DNA of 20,000 nt from Catajapyx aquilonaris (taxonomy: Eukaryota). Each line of letters starts with the position of its first letter. Positions within the stretch are counted from its first letter, which is position 1. Below are positions 8,501 through 19,078 of this stretch, in pieces. Both the position numbers and the translations under genes were made by a program. The stretch is taken from contig KZ538070.1 of assembly GCA_000934665.2 (NCBI GenBank), positions 114,848-134,847 on the forward strand, given 5' to 3'. The notes beneath the pieces are model-generated. The model was given only the letters and a program-made list of their open reading frames with translations, had not been told where the DNA came from and did not search any database.

Positions 8501-11500
8501 AAAGAGATGAGCAAAAGAAATTCCCTGAGATGATTTATTTCATCTGTGCAGAGGAATTGACAGCGGTTTCCCCCCATGCAATTGGCCTTTCTTTTTTCGA
8601 TTTATCCCTTACAGATGTCGCGACAAGAGTTATCACTGTGCGGCACAAACTGGATGTTTGTGCAGCACCGTTTTAGCTCTTGATGCGACATCTGTCCCCA
8701 TGCAGTTGAGTTATGAGTTGTCTCAGGGAATTTTTATTTGGTCTTTTCTGTTTTCACGTTTTTGTGCTTTGTGTTCGTACAGTTTTAAGTTACAGTCGAA
8801 CTTCCATCCTTTGAATCACAATTTCTTTACAGTTATGATGCACACGTTTTCTTTGTCCTTGACTTGGCCCGAAGAAACTCAACCAATTTTTCTGCGCCTT
8901 TTTAGACATTGTTGTTGCTGGACAACTTAATGAGATATGATCAGATAGTCTCATTCAGTTTCCATCGACCATCAATGCTGAAAACTGCTAAGAGAAATTT
9001 CTCAAGTTTCACTAAGCCAAGCTTAGATCAAATTTTGATTCTGGAAGTTCGAGTGTATTTGTTCCTTCTTTTTATTTTATTTTCCCTCCTCGCCTGGACC
9101 ATTGCAGGTGCGCAAAGAGTACCGCAAGTTTGCCCGCAGGCACCCGTGGCTCCCAGCCTGCCTGCAGGGCGCCAGCAAATCCTCCCCTGGAGGGAAGGAC
9201 CGGCGGAGATCCAGTCTCTACGCAGGGTCCAATGGCACCCCCTCTGCTCCAAACTCCCATAGCTCTGCCTGCAGCTCTACTGTCACTCCAGCAGGCGGCT
9301 CAAGCGTGGGTACCACAGTCGTTCAGTTGATCCCCACGCCCTCCCCTTCTCCGCCTCTACCCCACCCGCATCCGCACTCTCCCCAGCACCCCCACCTCCA
9401 CCAGCACCACTATCACCCCTACCACTCCCACCACCATCCGCCGCCTCCTCCCCAGCAGCATCACTACGGCAACCCAAGCCCGCGGCCTAGCGAGAATTAC
9501 TGCAGTCGTTGCAACCATTGTAAAGCGCAAGGTACATGATAAGTTTTGTAACCCTCCCTTGGCTCCCTGTATTTCTTCCGGGCGGTGTGTGGTGCTGGTG
9601 GAGGTCGGAGGTCGACATTTAAAAGGCAATTGGGTTGCTTTGGTGGTGCTGGGTTAGAGGTTTCTTCTAATGCTTACCTGTATGCACTAATTCCCCGCAA
9701 CATTGTCGGTAGCTCAACATCACCATGTAGACGTATAGAGAATCTGAGCTTGTCGTCAAGTTGTGAGAGAAAAACTGTGCTGTGCAGTATTAGAGGATGA
9801 ATGTTAGCATAATTATATGCCGCATAATTTTTTGATTGAGTGTCATAGACCAAGGTTCATATATTGAAGAATATTTGGCTGGTTATTAGTGGCAAGTGAT
9901 CTAAAAGTGACTGGAACAAAATAATGAACACACTCTTGCAAGAAATACCCAGTATCTTAGATTTCCATTGAAACAGACTGATCAAGTTGTACGGCAAATG
10001 GCCATTACTTATTGTCAGAAATTCCGTAATTTGAAGCCGTAAAGGTGATTTAGGCTGTTAATCTAGTTACGATCTGCCTAGTACTGGTTACAGAAGTTTC
10101 ATAAAATCTTATTGTCCAGGTCACCTACATTTCTAGGCTTTACTCACCACAATCCATTTTGTTTCGTCAGAGCAGGAGTGTCCCTGCAATCAGAAGAACT
10201 GGCTGACAGTGCATGGCATTAAAATGCCATCTTTGCATTATTTTATGCATGTAAGCGTACAAGGTTTAAAAAATTTTGTATGCATGTAATTTAACCTCCA
10301 AATTTTTGCTCATTCCCGAAATGGTTTGTCAGGCAATACATTACCTGAAGCGTATCATATTGAGAGGCTGAGTATGAGTTTGTTGTTTCTTTTGTTGGGT
10401 GGAGTGTTAGAGAGAGTTTTCCATAAATGTTGCATAACAAAAGTGCATTTTTGGGCCCGAAGCAGCTTTCAGTAACAGATAATATAAACAATTGCCAAGT
10501 GTCAGTTACAGAAAAAATTACAAATAATTATGCTGTAATTGTACAGGACAAATGGCCAAGTTTTTAAATTAAAAATGGTTTCGATTTGCAAACCTGTAAG
10601 TTGCGCTGGTCTTCCTTCACCTGTCCGGAACCTATCTGTGCTTATAAAATGTGTATCTTGTATGTTTTAGGCATAACTTTTATCCCTCTGTCCCCTTCAG
10701 CTGCAGCGTGTGTGGGGGAGCACCCGGAGCAGCATGCGCACCAGCCGCAGCAACCCAGGGCGGGTGGGCAGCAGCCCAGCTGCACAGCTGCCAACTCCTC
10801 AGCAAGGAGGGCAGCTCCCCCACCAGGCCCACCTCGTCCACACCCTTCGCACGGGGGGAGTGGCGGGGGCAACGGGGGGCCAGGGAGTGGGGGTGGCTCT
10901 GGCTCTAGGGGCGGGCCAAGGGCTCCCATCCACGCTCAACGACCAGGAAGTTGAGGTCAGTTTTCTGATTGAGACCCCACGCATGTGCACACATGTAAGC
11001 AAATGGTCCATGCATAAATGCCTTCTTTTCCTTGCAGAACTCATCATTCAAGTCATACAGCCGTGACTCTGGTAACGGCGGTTCAGAGCAGGAGGACTCC
11101 CCTAGGGCAGTCGCCTCAGGGGCTGGCCCAGGAGCAGCTGGTGTCGGGTCCACTTCCCGATCAGCTGCAAAAGACGCTCGCCGCCAGGCCTACCCTCCCC
11201 CTCCACACTCCTCATCTTCGTCCAACGCCTCGTCCAACTCGACTGCCACCAACAACCAGGCTGCCCCGGAGCTCTCAGTGGCTGAGTGTTGCAATGTCGA
11301 CCTATTCTCCGAGTACTGTCAGGAGATGCTGGGACTATCTGCTGATCTCTACCACTACAACCACCACCACCCCCCACCTCCACCTCCACCTTTACCATAC
11401 CCCACACAGCAACAGTACCCTCCTCAGCCGCAGTACCCTCCCCAGCAACAGTACCCTCCCCAGCCACAGTACCCTCCCATGCAACAATACCCTCCCATGC

Positions 11501-12072
11501 AACAGTACCCACAACCTTACCCCCCACAATACCAACACCAGTTGGGACCGCCCAAGAGAGGACGACGTGGCACCCTCCGTGCCACCAGCCCTTGGAACCA
11601 CACGTACACCGAGATTGAACTAGGGGCACAGCCAGGAGCAGAAGAGGGACCAGTGTATGAGGAGATTGAGCGGAATGACATCCTGCAGGTGTCAGATATG
11701 TCAGACGAGGAGGGGCGGCGGCAGAGCAGTGACGTCAGCCGGCAGTCATCACGTGGGTACGGCGATCACCACCCCCTAATTCCCTATGCCCCAGCCCCTC
11801 CGTCACCTTCCTCCCACCGCCACCACCACTCTCCCCGTTCTTCCCCTCATTCCCCCCGCTCCCCATCCCCACACGTCAGGCTCAAGGGCGTTCCCAGGAG
11901 GTACCCAGCACCTCCTGGGGTCGAGGTGTATGGGTTTGCACCTGAGAACTGCGTGACAGTGGCAGTGCTCAATGGGGACAGGGTTGTATGCCACCTTCAG
12001 CCGCAGGGGCCACCCCTGGATTCCGGAAGAAGGGCAGGCGGAGGAGTGGTGCCGCCGTTCAGTGAGTGCTGA
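2439..12072 (+). CDS. Cirl: Latrophilin / Cirl-type adhesion GPCR (ADGRL family), 5'-partial, multi-exon
   Basis: GT-AG exons with consistent phases: [2439-2545 or 3228-3334], 3968-4683, 4765-5092, 5211-5631, 5886-6111, 6474-6639, 6773-6987, 7063-7166, (7930-7974), 8182-8350, 9108-9305, 10701-10955, 11038-12072 (TGA). Translation shows the SUEL motif [11 protein letters not shown].E.HY.C, a Thr-rich stalk, an HRM domain ([20 protein letters not shown]), GAIN/GPS ([25 protein letters not shown]), aGPCR 7TM motifs ([45 protein letters not shown]) and a tail with [16 protein letters not shown] ending FSEC. No olfactomedin domain, as expected for invertebrate latrophilins. Confidence 0.96.
3228..3334 (+). 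CDS. Cirl: Lectin-domain exon variant B (candidate mutually exclusive exon)
   Basis: tcaccag|A...CCAG|gtatga, 107 nt, phase 2 to 1; encodes [35 protein letters not shown]. Confidence 0.92.
3968..4683 (+). CDS. Cirl: Cirl exon: Ser/Thr/Pro-rich stalk, hormone-receptor (HRM) domain and start of GAIN
   Basis: tatccag|CC...CAG|gtaaga; lies in ORF 3949-4743; [13 protein letters not shown], poly-Thr, HRM cysteines and tryptophans. Confidence 0.93.
4141..4197 (+). repeat. Coding ACN trinucleotide repeat (poly-Thr, mucin-like stalk)
   Basis: actgccgcaactaccactgccagtaccacgaccaccacgaccaccaccacgacaacc encodes [19 protein letters not shown]. Confidence 0.85.
5886..6111 (+). CDS. Cirl: Cirl exon: GPS autoproteolysis motif (HL/T, cut between codons at 5958/5959), Stachel peptide and TM1
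   Basis: ttcag|T TCA TGG...CTC AAG|gtagat; [22 protein letters not shown] followed by hydrophobic [20 protein letters not shown]. Confidence 0.95.
7930..7974 (+). CDS. Cirl: 45-nt in-frame cassette micro-exon in intracellular loop 3
   Basis: Branch-point-like GACTAAC 7896-7902, pyrimidine tract, ctag| acceptor, |gtaagc donor; phase 2 to 2 matching both neighbours; encodes (S)[14 protein letters not shown](L). Confidence 0.8.
9306..9531 (+). CDS. Cirl: Alternative 5'-splice-site extension of the helix-8/tail exon (His/Pro-rich then Cys-rich)
   Basis: Frame stays open past the AGC|gtgggt donor to a second donor CAAG|gtacat (phase 1) or to TGA at 9537-9539; composition resembles the coding tail. 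Confidence 0.6.
10171..10250 (+). CDS. Cirl: Candidate 80-nt alternative tail exon (phase 1 to 0)
   Basis: TACTCAC 10141-10147, ttttgtttcgtcag| acceptor, |gtaagc donor; open frame (E)[26 protein letters not shown]; restores frame between the 9531 donor and the 10701 acceptor. Confidence 0.55.
11038..12072 (+). CDS. Cirl: Cirl terminal exon: low-complexity cytoplasmic tail
   Basis: ccttgcag|AAC; ORF 11032-12072; [35 protein letters not shown]-terminal FSEC. Confidence 0.92.
   Translation, partial: NSSFKSYSRDSGNGGSEQEDSPRAVASGAGPGAAGVGSTSRSAAKDARRQAYPPPPHSSSSSNASSNSTATNNQAAPELSVAECCNVDLFSEYCQEMLGLSADLYHYNHHHPPPPPPPLPYPTQQQYPPQPQYPPQQQYPPQPQYPPMQQYPPMQQYPQPYPPQYQHQLGPPKRGRRGTLRATSPWNHTYTEIELGAQPGAEEGPVYEEIERNDILQVSDMSDEEGRRQSSDVSRQSSRGYGDHHPLIPYAPAPPSPSSHRHHHSPRSSPHSPRSPSPHVRLKGVPRRYPAPPGVEVYGFAPENCVTVAVLNGDRVVCHLQPQGPPLDSGRRAGGGVVPPFSEC
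11407..11514 (+). repeat. Coding 18-bp tandem repeat x6 (QQQYPP-like hexapeptide)
   Basis: Six imperfect copies of cagcaacagtaccctccc: [36 protein letters not shown]. Confidence 0.92.
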
Positions 12073-13690
12073 GGGTAGGCTCTACACAAGACAGTGCACC
12101 ATTTTTTTATGTGGACTAAGATATCAGTGTAAATAGTGTACAGGTGGAGTGCAGCATTTTTTCCCCCCCCAACCTCACTCCTTACGTCCTGGTTTGGTAC
12201 GGAACTCATTTTACACAAAGATGCCATGAAATAGCTTTGTCTCTCTTTTGTTTTTGTTTGTCCATTTTCCAAACCCGAGTTCTCCACAGAATGTGCCTGT
12301 TGTGTAAACCTGTGGATTGTGCTGGGGGGACTTTTTTTTTTAAAGAAAACTGTTTTTACCTGTTCTTTTTAAACGGATCAGACGGAACTTACGGAGGTCA
12401 TGCTGTGTTCTTTTATGTCACATGGACAGACCCTTTTTTTTGTAAAGGAGTGTAAGTGATTGTATGTTATACATGATGTGTACATTACTGCTTGCATAAA
12501 GTAAATTATTTGATTATAAAGCTGTGTGTGTCTGTTTTTTCCCAACTAAATTATTTGTCTAACAGTTACCAACCTCAACACATTCCTTACTACTTCTCAG
12601 TGCAATAGCTCTCTATAAAAATTGTCATTTCAATAACCAAATTGGTCCATGTTCCAACTAATTGGCATCTTCATTTGCAGTTGGAGCTTCAGACCTTCAG
12701 TTGGTGACTGCATGTGAAGTGAGTTGTATGTTGAAAAGAATTCAACCTGCGAAACTGTCCTGACAAAATTTTTCCACAGGGATGGTATTTCCAAAAGACC
12801 ATGAGATGTGCATGGCTTGAGACCAACCCTGCGTCTGGCGTTGGATCGCTTGCAAAGATGGGAAGCACGTCGCAAACTTAATTGCTGAGGTATTGGAATC
12901 TTGTTAACATTCAAGTGATAATATAATTAGTTATGTTGTTTCAGCAACATATTAAACTTGCTTATCGGTAGATTAAGCATACTGTATAGAATTGCTAAAC
13001 TGTAGTTATAAATACAAAGTCAGGGAGTGGCAGAGGTAATGTGGATGTGTGTAATTGATTTTCGTAGGTTAAGAAATTTAGGAAAATTGAGAGAACGTAA
13101 TAATTGAAGTGCTGAGTTTCCTATGCCCTGGTAGTGCCCCTTGAAAATCATTGCATAACGGGTGGGCTAAGTAGCAAGCTGCACAAGGTCATGGCATCAC
13201 ACTACAACTTTGAATCTCAATAAAACATATTGCTATCGCTTGTTCAATTAAATGCTTAGGGCTCTCGTTGTATAACACCACACATTTATAAATATGTTGT
13301 ACTAATTGCTATCACAGATTAGTGAATTGTTTCCAACAGTGAACAAAAATGATATCATCTACAAATAGTGGCATACTAATGGAGTACAGGTAAAAGTACA
13401 TTGCCTATTGTTTTTCAAATATATTGCGGTACTTATAATATGCCTGCAGGCTGAAAACGTGGTGACATCAGGTGTGGTCAGTGTGGCAATACTTAAGATG
13501 ACACTTGAAGCTCAGTTGATATGGTCAAGTAGGATGATGGATGGCCATAATCATTGCAATTGATTAATTGCATATGGCGTTATAGACCTTTGGCAAGTGG
13601 GGAGTCAGCCTCCAAATCATAGTGTCGTGCGTGACTGGGTCAATCAGGGCTCTTTCACTCCTGGGAGCGAGGCTGAGGCACACTTGAGGC

Positions 13691-15950
13691 ATGGGGGCCA
13701 AGGTAGAAGCAGTGTTGAGTCTGACAGGGGGATTTGGTCAATGGCACTGGACGGTTGTAATCCTGGCAGCCCTGCCTGGAATATCCTTCATTTCCTCCAG
13801 GTTGGGCATGATGTTTGTAGCAGTTGTGCCTGACCACTGGTGCCTCATTCCGCAACTCAAAGAGGCTAACTGGAGTGTATCTGACATCAAAAAGGCTGCC
13901 ATTCCAATGTATGTAACATGCAGTCTTGCACTTCTGTGTGAAACTTAACGGTATTTCCTGGTGATACTGAACTGCTCCTGCCACATGTATGGGCAGCATG
14001 TTCGGCAGAAATGTATCGATTGCTCTTGCATGTTCAACAGGGACATGCAGAGGGGTGAAGGAGTTTACAGCCAGTGCTACATGTACCAGAGGAATTACAC
14101 TGCTCTGGTTGATTTGGGCCCAAACGACACAAACTGGGAACCACCTGATGAAATACAAACAATCGGGTGCCGACAATGGGAGTTCGACCACAGTGTCTTC
14201 AAATCCAGCATAGTCAGCGATGTTAGTGGCGTTCACACTAGATATTGCTGGTATTTAATAAGGTTTTAATGAAGTAAACCTTCATTTACAGTGGGAACTT
14301 GTGTGTGAGCGGCTTCCTATCCTGGCGACTATTCACAGTGCTTTTTCAATAGGATTACTGATCAGTTCCATTTTCAGTGGACCACTGTCAGACAAGTGAG
14401 TTATTGAAATGCATGCACATATCATTTGAAGAGATGCACACATTATGCTCAGGATTGCAGGTATGGAAGACGCACCTGTGCTGTGGTTGGCACTGTGGTC
14501 ATGGTGGTTGTGTCAGTGGTCAACATCTTCTCAGTCAACTACGTCATGATGACTGCTGTGCGTCTGGTCATAGGGTATTGCACCTTCTGCATATATTCCT
14601 GCTGCTTTGCGTTAGGTAGGCCTGCATTATTTCCGATTGGTCTACGCAACATGCCTACTGACTTATTTTATGACCATTATAGTGGCGGAGCTGTGTCCCG
14701 ACGAGAAGAGGGCGTCTGTGATGTTTCTGTTTGACTTTTTCCCTGGTTGCGGTCGGTGGATTGCTGCTGCAGTGGCCTACTTCATTAGAGACTGGAGATA
14801 TCTCCTTCTGGCCTACTGTCTGCCCATTTTTACATTTTTATCGTTTTATTGGTAAGAGTGAAACAGAATGGTGTGCTCCTGGCCACAGGTTAAAAATAAC
14901 CCAGCGCTAAACGCAATCAGGTACCTGCCAGAATCTCCAAGATGGCTTCTGGTTAAAGGGCGCACAACAGAGGCAGGAAATGTTATAACTAGGGCGGCTA
15001 AAGGTAACAAGATGCCAGCTCCTGATGCGGATGTGCTTCACAGGTTACTGGAAGCCAGCAAAGAGGAGCAGGAGGAGGACAAGAAAGGTGCAGACTTTCA
15101 CATCCTGTGTTCACTATAAGTGAACAGCAGTTCTCTTTTCCCTCCAGCATCATTTTCAGGGATGATGAGATCAGTCACTGCATTTGTCAAGACAAAGGAG
15201 ATGCGTCGAAGGAGCATCCCAATGTTCTTCTGTTGGTTTGTCATCGCCTTTGTCTCCTATGGGCTCTTGTTTCATTTTTCCACATTACCACTCAACTTGT
15301 ACCTGTTGCATGTGATCAACGGGGTAGTTGTGAGCCTGACCCGAGCATTCATCGTGGTATGGCCACTGCCAGACTACCTTGGCAGAAAGACATGCTTTTT
15401 GGGCTGCCTCGTGTTAGGTGGCCTGTCTGGACTGCTTATTCTGGCTGTCCCTGAAGGTTGGATCCGTCACACTCCTAACATTTGGCAATTTTTTAAAAGA
15501 TATTATTGTTTCAGATATGGAGTGGCTGTTGGTGACCTTGTCATTGGCTTGCAGTGGTTTTGTGTCTGAAACCTTTAGTTTGGTGTACTTATACACAGCA
15601 GAAATGTTCCCAACAGAAGTGAGGAACACATCTATTTCTGTAGGTTCTGTGTTCGCTAGATGTGGAGGGATATCTGCACCGTTCATTGCCAACTACTTGG
15701 TAAGTGTGACAGTGCTTAACATAATGAAGGAACTGATTTTGTTTCTTTACAATAAATTCTCTTCTATGTGTAGTACACATTTCATTACTCAATCCCATCG
15801 GCCATGTTTGGTGGATTTTCTGCACTAGCAGCAGCGGCATGCTGCCTTTTACCGGAGACCTACGGAAAGCATATGCCAGAAACAATTGCTGAATTGGAGG
15901 CCTCGTGTGACAAGGCTAACAAGGACACTTGTAATGGCAATCAAAAATAA
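13691..15950 (+). CDS. SLC22-family (organic cation/anion transporter-like, MFS) protein, paralogue 1, ~554 aa, 9 exons
   Basis: Exons 13691-13908, 14041-14221, 14292-14395, 14461-14615, 14683-14851, 14921-15087, 15148-15456, 15515-15699, 15774-15950 join in frame (1665 nt). Motifs GGFGQWH, PDHWC, SIVSDWELVC, GPLSDKYGRR, DWRYL, LPESPRWL, YTAEMFPTEVR, LPETYG. Confidence 0.95.
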
Positions 15951-15951
15951 A
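15946..15951 (+). promoter_or_regulatory. Possible polyadenylation signal overlapping the stop codon of SLC22 paralogue 1
   Basis: AATAAA hexamer contains the TAA stop (15948-15950); motif only, in A-rich context. Confidence 0.3.
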
Positions 15952-16768
15952 AATTACAAAATAAGGATGGGAATAGTTTTATCGAACTTTACCATAAAAC
16001 GACAGATAACTTAATTGTATATTGATGAGGTAACCTAAGTGGCTTGCATAGGGATATGGCTGAGGGTTTCTATTCTTGTCAGATTAAAGGTAGTAGTTGC
16101 ATTATCCATGTTCATGATGAGTTTCAATAGGCTTGAGATAAGTAGGAAGTGAGCTTGTGAATCAGATTTATGATTGGTTAAGTGTACGTACTGTCACTTT
16201 GACTTACAAGCCATAACAATAAGAATCCCAAGCAGCTTACCATGTACTAGTAAATGACTTTAAAATATTTAAACAAACTGAGCAGAAGACATTCTACATT
16301 GTAGCACTGTAGAGAAGTACCGCTTATGATGTCAGGTTTTATCATAATTAATATGTTAGAAATATTTTATGGTTAAGGTAATATAAACTACCTGATTCAT
16401 GCTGGAAAGAAGGCGCAAAACAACATATCACTAGATAATCACAAATGTCTGTTCATGTTATCAATATTAGGACATGGACTTATGGACCACGCAACGATAT
16501 TTTCTATGCCTGCGCAGAAAGTCAATGAACGTTGTGTTTCTAACGCCTTATGCAACAGTCGGAGGTTTGTACCATATAGATTACTTCAATCAACAGAAAT
16601 GGACAAACTACTGCCATATTGCAAGATGTGTCTGTTTACATAATCATTGTGTGCAGATAACCTGTCATGTTGACTAATTTCGGACTAAGCAGGAAGTGGG
16701 CACCAGCATTTGTAAGGGTTGGTTAGGATCTGTTAGATAACCAATCTTTTGAAGGGGCAGTCTGAGAC

Positions 16769-19078
16769 ATGGGGGCCAAGGTGGAGGAAGTGTTGGGCTT
16801 GGCGGGAGGATTTGGGAGGTGGCACTGGGGTGTCCTTTTCCTGGCCTCCATCCCCGGACTTTTCTTCTCGACATCCAAGCTGGGCATGATGTTTGTTGGG
16901 GGTATCCCTGACCACTGGTGCTCCATTCCTGAGCTCAAGGGGACCAACTGGACCACCGAGGAAATAAAGAAGGTTGCCATTCCCAAGTACGTTCTGTTGT
17001 CAATGTGCCGCTTCCATTTTTACAAGATTACAGGACAAATGTGCAGTGAATGTTTTCCTTCAGGGATGAAGAAAAGGGTGAAGGAGTTTTCAGCCAATGT
17101 GAAATGTACAAGAGAAATTACTCTGCTTTGGCCTTAATGGACCCAAGTGATGCGAATTCATCAGAAGAAGGGGACTTTCCGACAGTCTCCTGCCACCATT
17201 GGGAATATGACTACAGCGTCTTCTCATCAAGTGTTGTCAGTGATGTACGTTTGATGAGTCATAATATAATAATGCTCTGCTAACAACCTTCTGAGTAATA
17301 GAGAGATGTCACTTGAAACTGTCTTATTCTTTATACTAATTGATTCCTCTTCAGTGGGAATTAGTGTGCGACCGCCTCCACATCCTAGCCACAATTCACA
17401 GTGCGTTCACAGTTGGAATTTTGATTGGTTCCATCATGGTTGGTCCACTCTCTGACAGGTAAAGGAATGGACTTGCGTTTGTCTTGCATCTCTTGTTACT
17501 GCGATTAGCGATGCATAAAATACTCTCAGTATTGCAGGTATGGAAGGCGCACTTGTGCCATAATTGCTACTGCAATATTGATGGTTGTGTCCATAGTCAA
17601 CGTGTTTTCAGTCAACTACATCATGATGTCAGCTCTTCGTGTGGTGATGGGATGTTGCAGTTTTGCTATTTATGTTTGCTGCTTTGCATTGAGTAAGTTG
17701 CCATGCTTCGCATTTGGTTGAAATTAGTGTACATGTGGTCAAGCTAAGGAGCATTTACCTTTTTCAGTGGTCGAGTTGTGCTCAAACAAGAGGAGGGCAG
17801 CGATCACATTTGTGTTTGATTTGTTCCCTGGTTGTGGTCGGTGGATTGTTGCTGCATTGGCCTACATCATTCCTGACTGGAGATATCTTCTTCTGGCTTA
17901 TTCCCTGCCAACTCTCTCATGCATTTTCTTTTACTGGTAAGAATGCTACAAATACTATGACTGAAGAAAGGATGCTAACTAATTGTTTAAAACCTTTAGG
18001 TTCCTGCCAGAATCTCCAAGATGGTTGCTGGTGAAAGGTCATATAGACGAGGCTGAGAAAATTATCATGCGGGCTGCTAAGAGGAACAAAGCGCCTGCCC
18101 CTGATCTAGAAGTCTTTCATAGCTTGGTGGAAGCCAGCAAAGAGGAACAGGAAAAGGACACCAAGAAAGGTACTCAAACTACCCTTGTAGTGCTGTGCTC
18201 ATCATATAAATACTGTATACTGAAGAGAATGTTCCTCATGTTGTTCAGCTACACCAACACTCTGCGGACTAATTACTGCAGTGACAGCTTTTGTGAAGAC
18301 GAAGGAAATGCGTAAAAGAAGTATCCCAATGTTCTTCTGCTGGTTTATCATCTCCTTTGTATCGTACGGACTCCTATTCCATTTCTCCAAACTGCCGTTC
18401 AACATTTACTTGTTGCACAGTATTAATGGAATAGTTGTGACCCTCACACGCCTTTCCATTGTGGTTTGGCCACTGCCAGACATACTTGGTCGGAGGACGT
18501 GCTTCTTGGGTTGCCTTGTATTGGGTGGTGTGTCTGGTTTGATCATCCTGGCTGTTCCCAAAGGTCAGTTCTACTCAGTGTCAACATCATTATCAACTAC
18601 AATCACTCATCTGCGGTTGATTTCTTTTCAGATATGGAGTGGCTGATGGTGGCCTTGTCATTGGCCTGCAGTGCTTTCGTGTCTCAGACCTTTACTCTGG
18701 TGTACCTGTACACTGCAGAGCTTTTCCCAACGGAGGTGAGAAACACTTCCATCACTACAGGTTCTGTGTTTGCCAGGTTTGGAGGAATAGCTGCTCCATA
18801 CATTGCAAACTATTTGGTGAGTAGGTTTTCTTGTCGGACATATTCAAGTGGGGTTTTTGTAGTTATTATTTTGTTATTTTTAAATTGTTCCACAGTATGG
18901 ATTTCACTACTCTGTTCCATCTGCTGTGTTTGGTGGGTGTTCTGCATTGGCAGCAGCAGCCTGCTTTCTTCTGCCAGAAACATATGGAAAGGAAATGCCT
19001 GAAACCATTGCTGAGTTAGAAGCTGGATGCAAAGATATTGAGATGCATGATAAAAACGACGAAAACTCCCACACGTAG
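16769..19078 (+). CDS. SLC22-family (organic cation/anion transporter-like, MFS) protein, paralogue 2, ~559 aa, 9 exons
   Basis: Exons 16769-16986, 17064-17244, 17355-17458, 17538-17692, 17768-17936, 18000-18169, 18249-18563, 18632-18816, 18896-19078 join in frame (1680 nt). Same motifs (GGFGRWH, SVVSDWELVC, GPLSDRYGRR, LPESPRWL, YTAELFPTEVR, LPETYG) and same intron positions as paralogue 1. Confidence 0.95.

Noticed and set aside
11102..11629. Antisense repetitive ORFs (GEGTVA repeats)
   Set aside because: Reverse-frame read of the 18-bp QYPP coding repeat.
13655..14236. 193-aa minus-strand ORF
   Set aside because: Antisense to SLC22 paralogue 1 exons 1-2 with no family signature.
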